Source of the DNA: Gammaproteobacteria bacterium
GTDB lineage: Bacteria; Pseudomonadota; Gammaproteobacteria; GCA-001735895
Assembly (NCBI GenBank): GCA_050298595.1
Contig: JBNKUM010000017.1
Location: 1 to 55,476 of the forward strand
Length of the DNA: 55,476 nt
Reading direction: 5' to 3'
Shown: positions 39,691 through 49,533 of the stretch, piece by piece
How the letters are laid out: each line of letters begins with the position of its first letter
Numbering within the stretch: the stretch's first letter is position 1
Position numbers and translations under genes: made by a program
The notes under the pieces: model-generated
Databases searched by the model: none
What the model was told of the DNA's origin: nothing
Seen by the model: only the letters and a program-made list of their open reading frames with translations

Positions 39691-40304
39691 AGGCCTGACC
39701 CTTGCTTCCTCTTTCGGGAGAAAGAGCTGGGTACTCCAAACTGGGTCAGAACTAAGTAACTCTTTGATTCTAAGAATTTATTGATTATTTAATCCTATGG
39801 CTTTCACCTTAAAGGGTGAATTTATCAAGAAAGATAAAAGCTCTAAGGAAGAAGACGAAACTCCAAACAGATCGTTTTTTGTCCAGGAGTGTTTGTGGGA
39901 TTGATTAAAGCGGTAATCGACGAACAACATATATTTCGAGAATTGCCAAAGCATTATCGAGGTGACTTTGATAGTCAAATGGATGGTTTAAGTCTGCCTT
40001 AATTCGGTGTTCAGACCTACCAGGCTAAAAATCCCAAAGGGCAAAAGACGTTCCCTCAGGGCCTTCCTTTAAATCAACACAGTTCATTACGAACAAAACT
40101 GATTCACTTGTTACAACAAGCATAATAAATACGAAGCGATTGTTGAGCTTTATAGTCAGTCTACCTGCTCGGTTCACTTTCTATTCAGGTTCTTATGATT
40201 TAATCAGGATATCCGTTTCGTAGGCATTCTACTCGCCACAGGGAACGTGTACAGGGGCTTCCGTAGATTGCGGAAATAAGTGGGATTGAAGCGAGAGATA
40301 TTAC

Positions 40305-41114
40305 ATGTTTCGTATAACATCGTTCTTTTTTAAATGGGTTGTACCTGTGGTATGCCTGGTGTTTTTAACAACGTTGAATGCAGGCCAGCTCGATGATTTT
40401 GAAAAAGCTGCCACGGAGGATGATTTGGAAGAGATAGATGTCAGGAAATGCAGGCATAGGCATTGCCATGACGAGCATTACAATGATGAGAATCACCTGG
40501 ATGATTCCTCATCAGGAAGGTTTATTACCGATATCATCGGCATCATCATCACTGAATCTTCGAAAGCAACCCTGGCGCGCGTGCAAGGTACGGCAGACCC
40601 AGTGTATGAAGATATTCCATTGCGCATGCCAGGCTCACCTGACCTGCCCATGTTGAGGTTGGATTTAAACCGACAACATATCGATCAGAACCTATCAGCT
40701 TCAGATTTCAGCATTGAAGGGGGATTTGGCCCACTCGCTTTGCAATACCGCGAGACGAATTTTGTTGAGGACTCTGCTACCAATTTACGCATGACGTATT
40801 TTCATGGACTCTTTCGAATGTCTGGAAGCCCGCAATTCGAGATGGATTTAGGTCTGGGTGAAGTGACCTTAACGGGTAAAGAGCAGCACAGCGGTATGTC
40901 ATTCACCATACCTACCAGCTTTTATACAGCATCCAACCTGCAGATTCGTTTCACGCCAACATGGAGTAAAATAGGGTCGAATGAAATCAGAGATTACGAT
41001 GCTTCAGTTGCTGTTGTACGAAAATATTTTTCCGTAAGGTTGGGGTATCGCAAACTTCAGGCCTTGCATGAAACGCTTCAAGGTCCGTATGTTGGTGTCT
41101 CGTTACACTATTGA
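40305..41114 (+). CDS. Exported protein, probable outer-membrane beta-barrel C-terminus
   Basis: Signal peptide, His-rich patch, amphipathic strands, terminal aromatic (VGVSLHY). Confidence 0.65.
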   Translation: MFRITSFFFKWVVPVVCLVFLTTLNAGQLDDFEKAATEDDLEEIDVRKCRHRHCHDEHYNDENHLDDSSSGRFITDIIGIIITESSKATLARVQGTADPVYEDIPLRMPGSPDLPMLRLDLNRQHIDQNLSASDFSIEGGFGPLALQYRETNFVEDSATNLRMTYFHGLFRMSGSPQFEMDLGLGEVTLTGKEQHSGMSFTIPTSFYTASNLQIRFTPTWSKIGSNEIRDYDASVAVVRKYFSVRLGYRKLQALHETLQGPYVGVSLHY

Positions 41115-41233
41115 TATCTGGTGGTGTACAGGTTTTCAATCAACACGTGATAACAGGCCCTGGTATTCAAGTAATCAGTAGAGTTCGCCTGGTTTTGATC
41201 CACCGCCCGTGGGCAAACAGTGAACGGCATCTT

Positions 41234-43075
41234 TCAATTCTCGAATGCCCCGACGTCCGGGGCGCTTTGTGAACGCGCCTTTCCGAAGTAGTCCTCCAGC
41301 AATCCCTCAATCGGCACACCGCCGTCGTCTGCCTGCGATCCTTGAGACGGTACGAAGTCTTCGGGGGACGATGGCGCGGCACCGGCAAAGAGCGTAGTGG
41401 TGCTAATAATGTTATTGGAATCGTCATTGCTTCCCATGAGACCCAGTTCGGCTACTCCGCCCGTCGATACAACCAAATTGTTTCTTGCACTGGACATGGT
41501 CGCACCATCCATTCTCAATAGAGTAACCTTGCGGTTAGAACTCGAATAGCAGGTGTTGTTATAGAGATCGATGTTCACTGGGGCTGGTTCGACGCCTCTC
41601 TGGGTTGCTCCAACACAACGCACATCACCGGTAGAAGTCGAAGTATCAAACAGATTGTTGCGCACGGTGACGGATTGAGCCCAAAGGACCACCATGACCG
41701 CATTTGAGGAACCCGCTATGAATTGATTCCGTTCCAGCACAATGTCACGTATGCGTTCATCATTTGCTTCGTTCTGCGGACCGATGGCCAGGGGCCAGGC
41801 CTCGACCCCGGCGCGAAAAATGTTGTCCGAAATCTGAACCCGCTCAGTGTACTGCCCATTGCCAAGAAGACCATCATCAAATTTCGGTCCGTGGAGCTTC
41901 AAGAGATGCTTGCCAATCGCCGCCTTGCTCACGATGTTGTGGGTAAGCAGCCCTTTTTCGATGTGAGGCATGCGCCAGACATGCTCCGCCGCAGTGGAAT
42001 CCTCGAAGGAACATCCCATGGCGGCCATGCGTCGTCCCACTAGATACACACCGTTGCCGCCGTTTCCACCGACGATGTTTCGAACGTCGAGTTCCGACAG
42101 GGCGAGCCCATCGTGCAAATCATGAGTCCCTTCCCCCTGGTTGTTCCAGTAACTCAATATCGAATCACCGGCCGATACCGCGCTGTGAACGTTCCGTATG
42201 GTGAGCTTATGCAGCAACAGGTTATTTGTCTGAACACCCAGCCCTATCGCACCTGCGGAGGTTTCTTCTCCAACGATTTGCAGATCCGTGATGCGCCAGT
42301 CATTGGCGGTAAGGGGGGTCCGATCTCCGAAGGAGATACCAGTCCTGGTAGGGTTGAAGACTGGATCTTCACCCGCTCCAAACGCGCCGATGAGACCTGG
42401 TCCCGCGGCATTGATGACAAGCGACTGGGGCATAGACCAGGTTTCACCTCTGCGAAAGAGAATCCGCGTCTCAGGCTGAATGTACGAATTCACTGTGCTG
42501 ATATCAACTGTTTGTATTTGCTGGCAACCGGCAGGCGCACCGCTGAAGTCAGCGGTCTGAGAAATACAAATGGTTGCTTCACCGGAAAACACTTCATCGG
42601 GATCGGTCACCACAATCGTGGCAGTCTGGGTGATCTCTTTTCCGTCAGGTCCAACTGTTGCGGCTGTGGTAACAAAGGTACCCGGCGTCTCAAAAACGTG
42701 GGCCGCGATTGGACCGGTGTGCGTATTCTTGTTCCCGCCGGTTGTGGACCAGCTCCCTGCGCTTGCGTCTCCAAAGTCCCATTTAACAATCTTTGTTCGA
42801 AACGCAGCTCGATCCGTATCAAAAGTGGGCTCAAAAAAGACATAAAGGGGCGCCACGCCTTCAATGCGTGACGGTAGAAGGCCTCCGCAACCTTCCGTTT
42901 GGGCATCGGCTCCCAGACAAGGTGACGGCGTCTCGCTTCCGCTGTTAGTGCTGTCATTCGATCGGGTGTCTCCGTCCGACGACTGACACGCAGTGCAGCC
43001 GAGAAACATGGCACACAACATCACCCTGGTCAACAAACGTGCGTTGTTCAAATACATAGAAAAAATGAGATTCAT
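41234..43075 (-). CDS. Putative lipoprotein with PKD domain and right-handed beta-helix
   Basis: WDFGD...AAHVFETPG (PKD); repeated VRNNLF/LYNNT; C-terminal PDVGAFE. Confidence 0.75.
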   Translation of the reverse strand: MNLIFSMYLNNARLLTRVMLCAMFLGCTACQSSDGDTRSNDSTNSGSETPSPCLGADAQTEGCGGLLPSRIEGVAPLYVFFEPTFDTDRAAFRTKIVKWDFGDASAGSWSTTGGNKNTHTGPIAAHVFETPGTFVTTAATVGPDGKEITQTATIVVTDPDEVFSGEATICISQTADFSGAPAGCQQIQTVDISTVNSYIQPETRILFRRGETWSMPQSLVINAAGPGLIGAFGAGEDPVFNPTRTGISFGDRTPLTANDWRITDLQIVGEETSAGAIGLGVQTNNLLLHKLTIRNVHSAVSAGDSILSYWNNQGEGTHDLHDGLALSELDVRNIVGGNGGNGVYLVGRRMAAMGCSFEDSTAAEHVWRMPHIEKGLLTHNIVSKAAIGKHLLKLHGPKFDDGLLGNGQYTERVQISDNIFRAGVEAWPLAIGPQNEANDERIRDIVLERNQFIAGSSNAVMVVLWAQSVTVRNNLFDTSTSTGDVRCVGATQRGVEPAPVNIDLYNNTCYSSSNRKVTLLRMDGATMSSARNNLVVSTGGVAELGLMGSNDDSNNIISTTTLFAGAAPSSPEDFVPSQGSQADDGGVPIEGLLEDYFGKARSQSAPDVGAFEN

Positions 43076-43420
43076 TGTACTTTTACCGTCCTTTCTGTGA
43101 AATTCCCGAATTGTTGTATGTGCTTTTATGAAAGTAAAATAGCATACGAATTAAGCAACGGTTGAAAAAAGTTGAGTCGGAAGTTGAGCGTAGTGTTCGG
43201 TTTCATTATTTTTCAAAATTTTATCGGGGGTGGGCTCGAGAGCTTGGACGCAGGAGACGAATATTTTCCGCATGGACTCCGATTAAACATGCCATTTATT
43301 CCTTAACAAGGGACCAGGATAGAGACAAGTTGTGGGAAACACGCTTTAGCGGATCGACTCCGCGTATTATCAGAGAATATAATTAAATGAAAACCAGAGT
43401 AACTAATTGGGGTTAGAAGC

Positions 43421-43575
43421 GAGTGGCACTTACTTAAGACTTGATACACCGTCATTACGAGGAGCTTGCGACGCGGTAATCTTCTAAAAGTGACGTCATG
43501 CCATTGAGATTGCCACGTCGCAAGCTCCTCGCAATGACGAATTTTTTTAGTTATGAGCTTAAGTAAGTGCCATTA
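43421..43575. mobile_element. IS4-type MITE copy 3
   Basis: 18-bp TIRs; perfect 11-bp TSD GGGTTAGAAGC at 43410-43420 and 43576-43586. Confidence 0.9.
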
Positions 43576-43627
43576 GGGTTAGAAGCCTGAGGAGATTGAG
43601 CGATAGATTTATGGGAATACAGAAGCA

Positions 43628-44116
43628 ATGAATGAACCGGGACAAAAGAACGATTATCTTGGTGAGCACGCAGAATTACTGATATCGAGCTATCACCGTA
43701 TTACAGGAAAAGATTTGGTAAAAAAAGGACTGGTTGGTACAGAAAAATATAGAGCGCTCTATGATGCACCTTATGCGGTTGTCTCACACGGCACCGAGGA
43801 TGATCCCGTCTTCAACTATGGAAACCGGACAGCGCTCAGGGTGTTTCAAATGGAGTGGCAGGAATTTACTATTTTACCTTCCCGAAAGTCGGCAGAGCCT
43901 CAAAACAGAGCTGAACGAGAATCCCTTTTGACTCGAGTAACCCAGGATGGTTTTATCGACGACTATCGTGGTATTCGGATCTCTTCGACGGGTAACCGAT
44001 TCTGGATAGAAGACGCTACGGTGTGGAACCTGGTTAACGGGAAAGGTGTGTATTGTGGTCAAGCTGCTGTTTTTCACCGTTGGGAGGCTCTGGAAGCAGG
44101 CTCTGCGGAAATATGA
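43628..44116 (+). CDS. MEKHLA-domain protein
   Basis: APYAVVSHGTEDDPVFNYGN, LPSRKSAE, YRGIRISSTG, TVWNL, GQAA. Confidence 0.9.
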   Translation: MNEPGQKNDYLGEHAELLISSYHRITGKDLVKKGLVGTEKYRALYDAPYAVVSHGTEDDPVFNYGNRTALRVFQMEWQEFTILPSRKSAEPQNRAERESLLTRVTQDGFIDDYRGIRISSTGNRFWIEDATVWNLVNGKGVYCGQAAVFHRWEALEAGSAEI

Positions 44117-44261
44117 AAGTGAAATGTAATGCATGAAAAGCCCTTGATCATAAATCAAAGACCAGACCCGAGTGGCACTTATTAACAAAGCCACTGAGCT
44201 TGAAATCTACGCTAAACTTTTAACTAAACAAAGGGGGGCTTGGGGCTTATTGTTAGCATTT

Positions 44262-44669
44262 TTATGTTTTAAATTCACTACCTTCACATTTTATTAAATG
44301 TAAAATTGAAGCGATAAGATCAATAACGGCAAAGATAAGGATAATTGGGTGTTGTGTTAAGAAGTATGCCCAGAACAAAGCCGCAGAAAATAATATTCTT
44401 AAATAACCTTCATACCGACCTATCTCAACTGAAATATTTTTCCAACGCCAAATAGCCCACCCAACGCCTAATATCCCTAACATTTGAACAAAAAGTAAAT
44501 TCATAGGTAAAAAAGTGTCCCAATCTGTTCCTCCAAGCAAAACATTAATCTTAGATAATGTGGCGATATGCTCAGAATTAATAACTGGAACAGCCATAGG
44601 TAACAGCGCAAGAACATCATAAACACAAAATGTTTTTACGATTATTTTATATACTTTATAACTTAACAA
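44262..44669 (-). CDS. Small AT-rich membrane protein, cassette-like
   Basis: About 4 TM segments; GTTAGCA core just past the stop and attC-like site upstream. Confidence 0.6.
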   Translation of the reverse strand: MLSYKVYKIIVKTFCVYDVLALLPMAVPVINSEHIATLSKINVLLGGTDWDTFLPMNLLFVQMLGILGVGWAIWRWKNISVEIGRYEGYLRILFSAALFWAYFLTQHPIILIFAVIDLIASILHLIKCEGSEFKT

Positions 44670-44720
44670 GTCTATTACTCCTTAATAATGTTTTGTGTAA
44701 TAAGACACTAGCCTTTCGGG

Positions 44721-44807
44721 AGCTAACAACCCAAATAACTGGGAAATTTAGTTGCGTAATAGAGTGGAGCGGCTTAAATTGATCCATGTGTATTTTACTT
44801 ATTAGTT
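44721..44807 (-). other. Degenerate attC-like site
   Basis: AGCTAAC...ATTAGTT imperfect palindrome resembling 27779-27871. Confidence 0.45.
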
Positions 44808-44887
44808 TAGCTTTGTTTCATTTGAAATATATCAGAATATTCTTGATATGACTTTGATACTTCTTTTACAAGAAGTTGATTTCCCGT

Positions 44888-45197
44888 TTAAACAGACGCA
44901 AACATCCCAACCATTACACTAAATCCTGGTAATTTTTCAGCTCGTTTTGAATTCTCGTTATTTAATTCAGCTGTTAATTTTCCCAATGCTATTTTTGATG
45001 CCACATATAAAACCCACATACCATGAACCAATGATTCAAATTGAAGGCGAAGCATTCCGATAGCTGAAGTGAAATTGCGAGATGCTAATAATATTTTAAA
45101 ACTCTCAGCATGCTCAAATGAAACGCTACACATTATTTTGCTGATTCTTGTTCTATCAGACTCATCGTATGCAGGATAGCTTAGGAATTGTATGATT
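44888..45197 (-). pseudogene. Internal fragment of a DUF6988-like protein
   Basis: EHAESF..L.....TSA.GMLRLQFESLV..MW pattern; frame continues upstream without a start and breaks off early. Confidence 0.55.
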
Positions 45198-45239
45198 ATG
45201 CGGTTTTTTTTGCCTGATATTTGGCCGTTTCTTTAGTTA

Positions 45240-45321
45240 TGGCCGGGAGTTCTGGGGAATACAATACCCGAAAGGGAAATACCTAGAGCAGTTCTTGTAG
45301 CTGTTTCGACCCTCCTGGCCA
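45240..45321 (+). ncRNA. C4-type antisense RNA-like structure
   Basis: Outer stem TGGCCGGGAG/CTCCTGGCCA, CCC-GAAA-GGG hairpin, preceded by GCGGTTTTTTTTGCC; antisense arm to a downstream RBS. Confidence 0.65.
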
Positions 45322-45368
45322 CCCTTAATGGGTGAATAGTAACGTCGAAATTACTGCAAGGAATAACC

Positions 45369-45569
45369 ATGAAAAAACGACATATTAAAGTTCGTGATAC
45401 ATATTATGAACACCATCTGAAGAAATGGCCTCAACCGCCTCGCGTCCCCAAAATTGAACTCAAAGGCTATTGGCTTAACCAAATAGGTTTTGAGATTGGC
45501 AAACAACTTCAAGTTTTACCGGGCACTGATCATATAGTCATTACCTTAGCACTAGATAAAACATCTTAA
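45369..45569 (+). CDS. SymE-family toxin-like protein
   Basis: PKIELKGYWLNQIGFEIGKQLQV...IVIT; AAGGA RBS; hairpin plus T-run at about 45578-45610. Confidence 0.8.
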   Translation: MKKRHIKVRDTYYEHHLKKWPQPPRVPKIELKGYWLNQIGFEIGKQLQVLPGTDHIVITLALDKTS

Positions 45570-45775
45570 CTTTTTACAAGCCCTGGCTACATGTTGGGGC
45601 TTTTCTTTTTGATCAGGCTTTAAAAACTACGATTTTGATTGTATGTTGAATCTTCAATATATGGGTCCACGTTTACCTTCATTTTTTAATCCCTCCGTCT
45701 CCTTCATTCACAGGCGCACATTCCCTGTTGATGGGGTGGATTACCGCCGTCAGTTTAGCGGATTAAACTGACCGA

Positions 45776-46573
45776 TCAACCGGCAACAGCCGCTTCGTCA
45801 CCCTCGCGCCCCAGTGTCTGGCGGTATTGTGCAGGGCTGATACCCAGTTGCTGGCGGAAACGCTCGCTAAAGCGGGCCTCGGACCTGTAGCCGCAGGCCA
45901 GCGACGTTTCCAGCACGGAATAACCTCGCTGCAACAGGGTAAGGCCATAGCCCATCCGCACATCGGCAAGTACTCGGCGGAAGGAACGGCCCTCTGCGGC
46001 CAGCCTGCGGTTGAGGGTGGCGCGGCTGACCAGCAGATGGCGGCTGACAGTTTCCAGTGTGTGGTCGTCTCCAGGATTGGCGGCCAGGAAACGGCTGACC
46101 CGGTCGCACCAGCTCAATTCTGTTCCGGGAAACAACTGGGACAGTGCGCCAGCCTCGCGCAGTTCGGCAAACATTGCCAGGGTCAGGTGGTATTGCGCAT
46201 CTATGCTCAGCCCCGCATCCAGGCTTTCCGTCAAGAGTTCAAAGGCGTATTCCAGAGCCTTGCTGGCATGTACTATGGGTGGCCGGACCAGTGTCGGGTT
46301 TGACGTCAGCCAATCCGCTGGTGGCGTGGCGACGAAGGCGAGTGCGCGGGATTGAAAGCCGCTGTCATCCGGCAGGTTTACGAATGTAAGGTACTGGTTG
46401 CCGGGTACGGCGAGCCAGCGATGAGCGGCAACCTCCAGAGTCTGTCCGCGCCAGAGTAACTGTTTGCAGCCCCGGTCGACCCGCACCACCGAAGGCGTGG
46501 ATATGTAGACGTTGCGAAGCGACTGGCGCCTCCGGCCCAAAAAATGACTCAGGTAAACCGGAGGCGCAGCCAT
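45776..46573 (-). CDS. AraC-family regulator (YbcM-like)
   Basis: SRATLNRRLAAEG...CGYRSEARFSERF; ATG 46573 just after the ybcL-like stop. Confidence 0.88.
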   Translation of the reverse strand: MAAPPVYLSHFLGRRRQSLRNVYISTPSVVRVDRGCKQLLWRGQTLEVAAHRWLAVPGNQYLTFVNLPDDSGFQSRALAFVATPPADWLTSNPTLVRPPIVHASKALEYAFELLTESLDAGLSIDAQYHLTLAMFAELREAGALSQLFPGTELSWCDRVSRFLAANPGDDHTLETVSRHLLVSRATLNRRLAAEGRSFRRVLADVRMGYGLTLLQRGYSVLETSLACGYRSEARFSERFRQQLGISPAQYRQTLGREGDEAAVAG

Positions 46574-46578
46574 GACGA

Positions 46579-47106
46579 TCAGCGGAAGTAGGTAGCGGTG
46601 AGCGTGGCCTTGTCGATCGCCATGCTGTTGAGCATGAAACCCACCAGCGCGGCCGGGCTGTTGGCATTCACATCCACCTTCCCGGCTTTGAGGGCCCACA
46701 CAGTGAACTGGTAGCGGTGCATGCCGTGACCCTCTGGGGGGCAGGCGCCACCAAAGCCGGGTTTGCCGAAGTCGGTTTCCACCTCCAGGCCCTGCTTGAG
46801 ATTACCGGAAACGCCGCGCGGCAGTTCGCGGGTGTCGGCCGGTAGATTAACCACCACCCAATGCCACCAGCCACTGCCGGTAGGAGCATCCGGGTCGTAG
46901 GCTGTAATCGCGATACTCTTGGTGCCCGCCGGTACGCCGCTCCAGCTCAATTGCGGCGAAATGTTTTTACCGGTACAGCCAAATCCGTTGAACACTTGGT
47001 CATTGGTGAGCAGGCGGCCCTCGCTCATATCGCTGCTTTTCAATTCCAGGGCGGCAGCCTGAGTGGCGACGAGTGCTAGAAGTAGTGTTATGGTGAGTTT
47101 TTTCAT
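46579..47106 (-). CDS. YbhB/YbcL-family (PEBP/Raf kinase inhibitor-like) exported protein
   Basis: Signal peptide; GCTGKNISP, YDPDAPTGSGWWHW, GGACPP, HRY. Confidence 0.93.
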   Translation of the reverse strand: MKKLTITLLLALVATQAAALELKSSDMSEGRLLTNDQVFNGFGCTGKNISPQLSWSGVPAGTKSIAITAYDPDAPTGSGWWHWVVVNLPADTRELPRGVSGNLKQGLEVETDFGKPGFGGACPPEGHGMHRYQFTVWALKAGKVDVNANSPAALVGFMLNSMAIDKATLTATYFR

Positions 47107-47430
47107 TATATCCCTCTTAAGTGATCAGGACCTCTATAGTAGAGCAACCTGTGGAGCTTTACTTTACACAAAGGATCAAAAAGCTGCTAATCTGGCCTAA
47201 TCTGATTCTTTTTGTAGTCTTTGGTGGGGGAACCTTGAAGGAAATAACGGGGTGATACTGACGCGTAAATAATCCACCCCGACAGGAGGGATGCTCTCTG
47301 AAAAAAAGGGCTTCCTTTTGTACAAGCTCACCTCGTACCTGGGTGTTATATGAATAATTGCCAGTATAGCCCGGTCATCATACTGACCATTGACTGCAAA
47401 AACGGGGTCCAGAAACCGGTAACAGAAACC

Positions 47431-47716
47431 GGGGTCAGATCACAATTTACTCTAATATTAGAATATACTGTGATCTGCCCCCGATTTTCTGCAATTTACT
47501 CTAATATTAGAATATACTGTGATCTGACCCCGATTTTGTTCTTGACCCCGATTTTGTTCCGCGATGTAACTGTCCTGGCTTGATTCCATATCGTTCTTCT
47601 ATTGTCTTGCGAAACCTGTCATCGCCAACTGGCTGACAGTATTCACTGGCTCTCTCCGGAAACCGGGGTCAGATCACAATTTACTCTAATATTAGAATAT
47701 ACTGTGATCTGACCCC
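47431..47716. repeat. Cluster of GGGGTCAGATCAC REP(IN) units enclosing a RAYT C-terminal fragment
   Basis: Full units 47431-47482 and 47665-47716 plus partial copies; minus strand of about 47560-47653 reads RASEYCQPVGDDRFRKTIEERYGIKPGQLHR. Confidence 0.8.
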
Positions 47717-47792
47717 GATTTTCACAAATATGACCCTCAGTATATTAATCATGTCTCAACTTTAAAAAGTGAGTTTAGATGTGGTACTCGAA

Positions 47793-49424
47793 TCATACCA
47801 GTTTCTTTTCCTTCTCGGGTTTTCCCTTTTTCTTTAGTTCAAGTGCAGGGTCAACTTTTATAGCAGAAATAGATACACTGTAGTTCAATGTCTTGAGCGT
47901 TTTCAACGCGTTTTTCAATGTAACTTTGGAAAAAAAAGGAAGCTCTTCAGGTATTTTCTTATTTGTCGCTATAGCGTAAACAATTTTATATGAACTCGGA
48001 TCAGGCCTTGCATCAACACACGAAAGCTTTGATGATTTGGGAAGCTTTTCATTTAGCCGCTTCCTAAAGTCAACATCACCAATAAATGCCTCAGATGCAA
48101 CAAATCCTTGCGAAAACAAATGACTTAAAGTTGCTGAACTTCGGTAATATTTAACATGAATAAATTCAGAGGAGTCTCTAATTAGGTCACAGAACTCTAG
48201 TTTGTCATAGGGGCCACCTATTTTTACAAACTTTTTATCCATTAGTTCGATATTGTTATAAGTATCAGAAACGAATTGATTATAGTCCTCCTCCCTATCA
48301 TGGGAATAAATAGGGAATTCAAAATCGCAAACATCAAATCCTTCTAGGTACTTATCAATACGATTAACAAAGTCGGTATTAACAATGTACCACTGGCCAT
48401 TTCTTAGAATATATTGCTCTAATCCAGTCGACACTTCCGCATATAAGCACCGGTATGCGGACCACTTTTGGATTGAATTATATTCGCTATCGTTAATATG
48501 TATAACTTGATGTTTGAGATTTTCTGTAGTTAATGAAATTTCTTTTTCTGAAAAATACTGAATCAAATTATCAATAGTTAAAACGACGTGCCTGGGTGTC
48601 TTTTGATATAGGTCAAACGAATATCCAACTTGCGATTCCCAATCGATAATCTCAGGTTCCCCAAGCCACATTTTATTAAGCTCGCGTTTATCTAGAATAT
48701 CATCAAGCTCTAGGTCTAAAACTTCATGGAGATCTTTGTCCTTAACTCTTTGAATATTTTCAACCCACTCGAATTCCTTCGGAAGTGAAGTTTTATACAT
48801 GGATAGACACTCAAGAAGAATATCTCTCAATCCGTTGAGATTAACTTCTAAAACAAGAGTTAGTGCATCTCTCCCTGTTACGTGCGAGCCCAATATTGAG
48901 ACCCTTGATACACCTGTAAGCGCGTACAACATATCCATTTCTGAATCGACATCAAGGTCAAATACGCCTAAATCAATTGAACTTTGGGTTCTTGAGTTTA
49001 AAGGGTTATGATCATAGTTGGCTTTATCCAAACTTCTTAACTTATCTGGATCAACAGAGTTGAGCGTCACGCGGAGTCCAAAGTCTCTTTCTATAGCTTC
49101 ATTTTTAAGTAGATGAAATCCCGTTCCAAAAGTTAACACAAAGAGATTTTCTTTTAGTTTTACTACTAATGCAGCACCTACAGCTTTTCTACCACCAAAT
49201 GTATCTTCTGGTAAATTCTGATGGTCTGTAAATAGTTTAGTCCAAGGAGGTGGGGGTTTTGGTGGTTCTTTCTTAACATAGAGTATTGCCTCAAGATCCG
49301 GCACCTCCATTCCAATGGGAGGCTGAGAATTCTCCAAGTTTATTGCCTTTGAAACGTCACACCCAATACCAGATTTGGCGAGATATATTGATAATTTCTC
49401 TTTCCGTGGCTTGGGCTTTCTCAT
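47793..49424 (-). CDS. TIGR04141/DUF6119 sporadically distributed protein
   Basis: LSIYL, FGTGFHLL...ERDFGLRVTLN, EFCDL...IHVK...LSHLFSQG; AT-rich. Confidence 0.85.
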   Translation of the reverse strand: MRKPKPRKEKLSIYLAKSGIGCDVSKAINLENSQPPIGMEVPDLEAILYVKKEPPKPPPPWTKLFTDHQNLPEDTFGGRKAVGAALVVKLKENLFVLTFGTGFHLLKNEAIERDFGLRVTLNSVDPDKLRSLDKANYDHNPLNSRTQSSIDLGVFDLDVDSEMDMLYALTGVSRVSILGSHVTGRDALTLVLEVNLNGLRDILLECLSMYKTSLPKEFEWVENIQRVKDKDLHEVLDLELDDILDKRELNKMWLGEPEIIDWESQVGYSFDLYQKTPRHVVLTIDNLIQYFSEKEISLTTENLKHQVIHINDSEYNSIQKWSAYRCLYAEVSTGLEQYILRNGQWYIVNTDFVNRIDKYLEGFDVCDFEFPIYSHDREEDYNQFVSDTYNNIELMDKKFVKIGGPYDKLEFCDLIRDSSEFIHVKYYRSSATLSHLFSQGFVASEAFIGDVDFRKRLNEKLPKSSKLSCVDARPDPSSYKIVYAIATNKKIPEELPFFSKVTLKNALKTLKTLNYSVSISAIKVDPALELKKKGKPEKEKKLV

Positions 49425-49457
49425 TCTAATCCTTCATCTGAGCTAGTTCTTTTTGGT

Positions 49458-49517
49458 AACTAACGTTTGCCATAGGCCGTGCCGCATTTTGGCGTCGGCT
49501 TAATGGCTTGGTTAGGG
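49458..49517 (-). other. Integron attC-like recombination site (60 bp)
   Basis: AACTAAC...GCCATAGGCCG / CGGCTTAATGGC...GTTAGGG with bulged bases, between co-oriented genes. Confidence 0.75.
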
Positions 49518-49533
49518 AGTTCGTATTCCCGTA

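Noticed and set aside
39179-39691. ORFs 39179-39370 and 39473-39691
   Set aside because: Lie in the structured IS non-coding end and the MITE
39778-40125. 66-aa minus ORF or broken plus-strand frame
   Set aside because: May be a decayed gene, but no family is recognisable on either strand
42113-42871. 252-aa plus-strand ORF
   Set aside because: Antisense shadow of the GC-rich beta-helix gene
47350-47583. 77-aa ORF with repeated LTPILF
   Set aside because: Translation of REP repeats; the cluster is also not CRISPR (palindromic units, no regular spacers)
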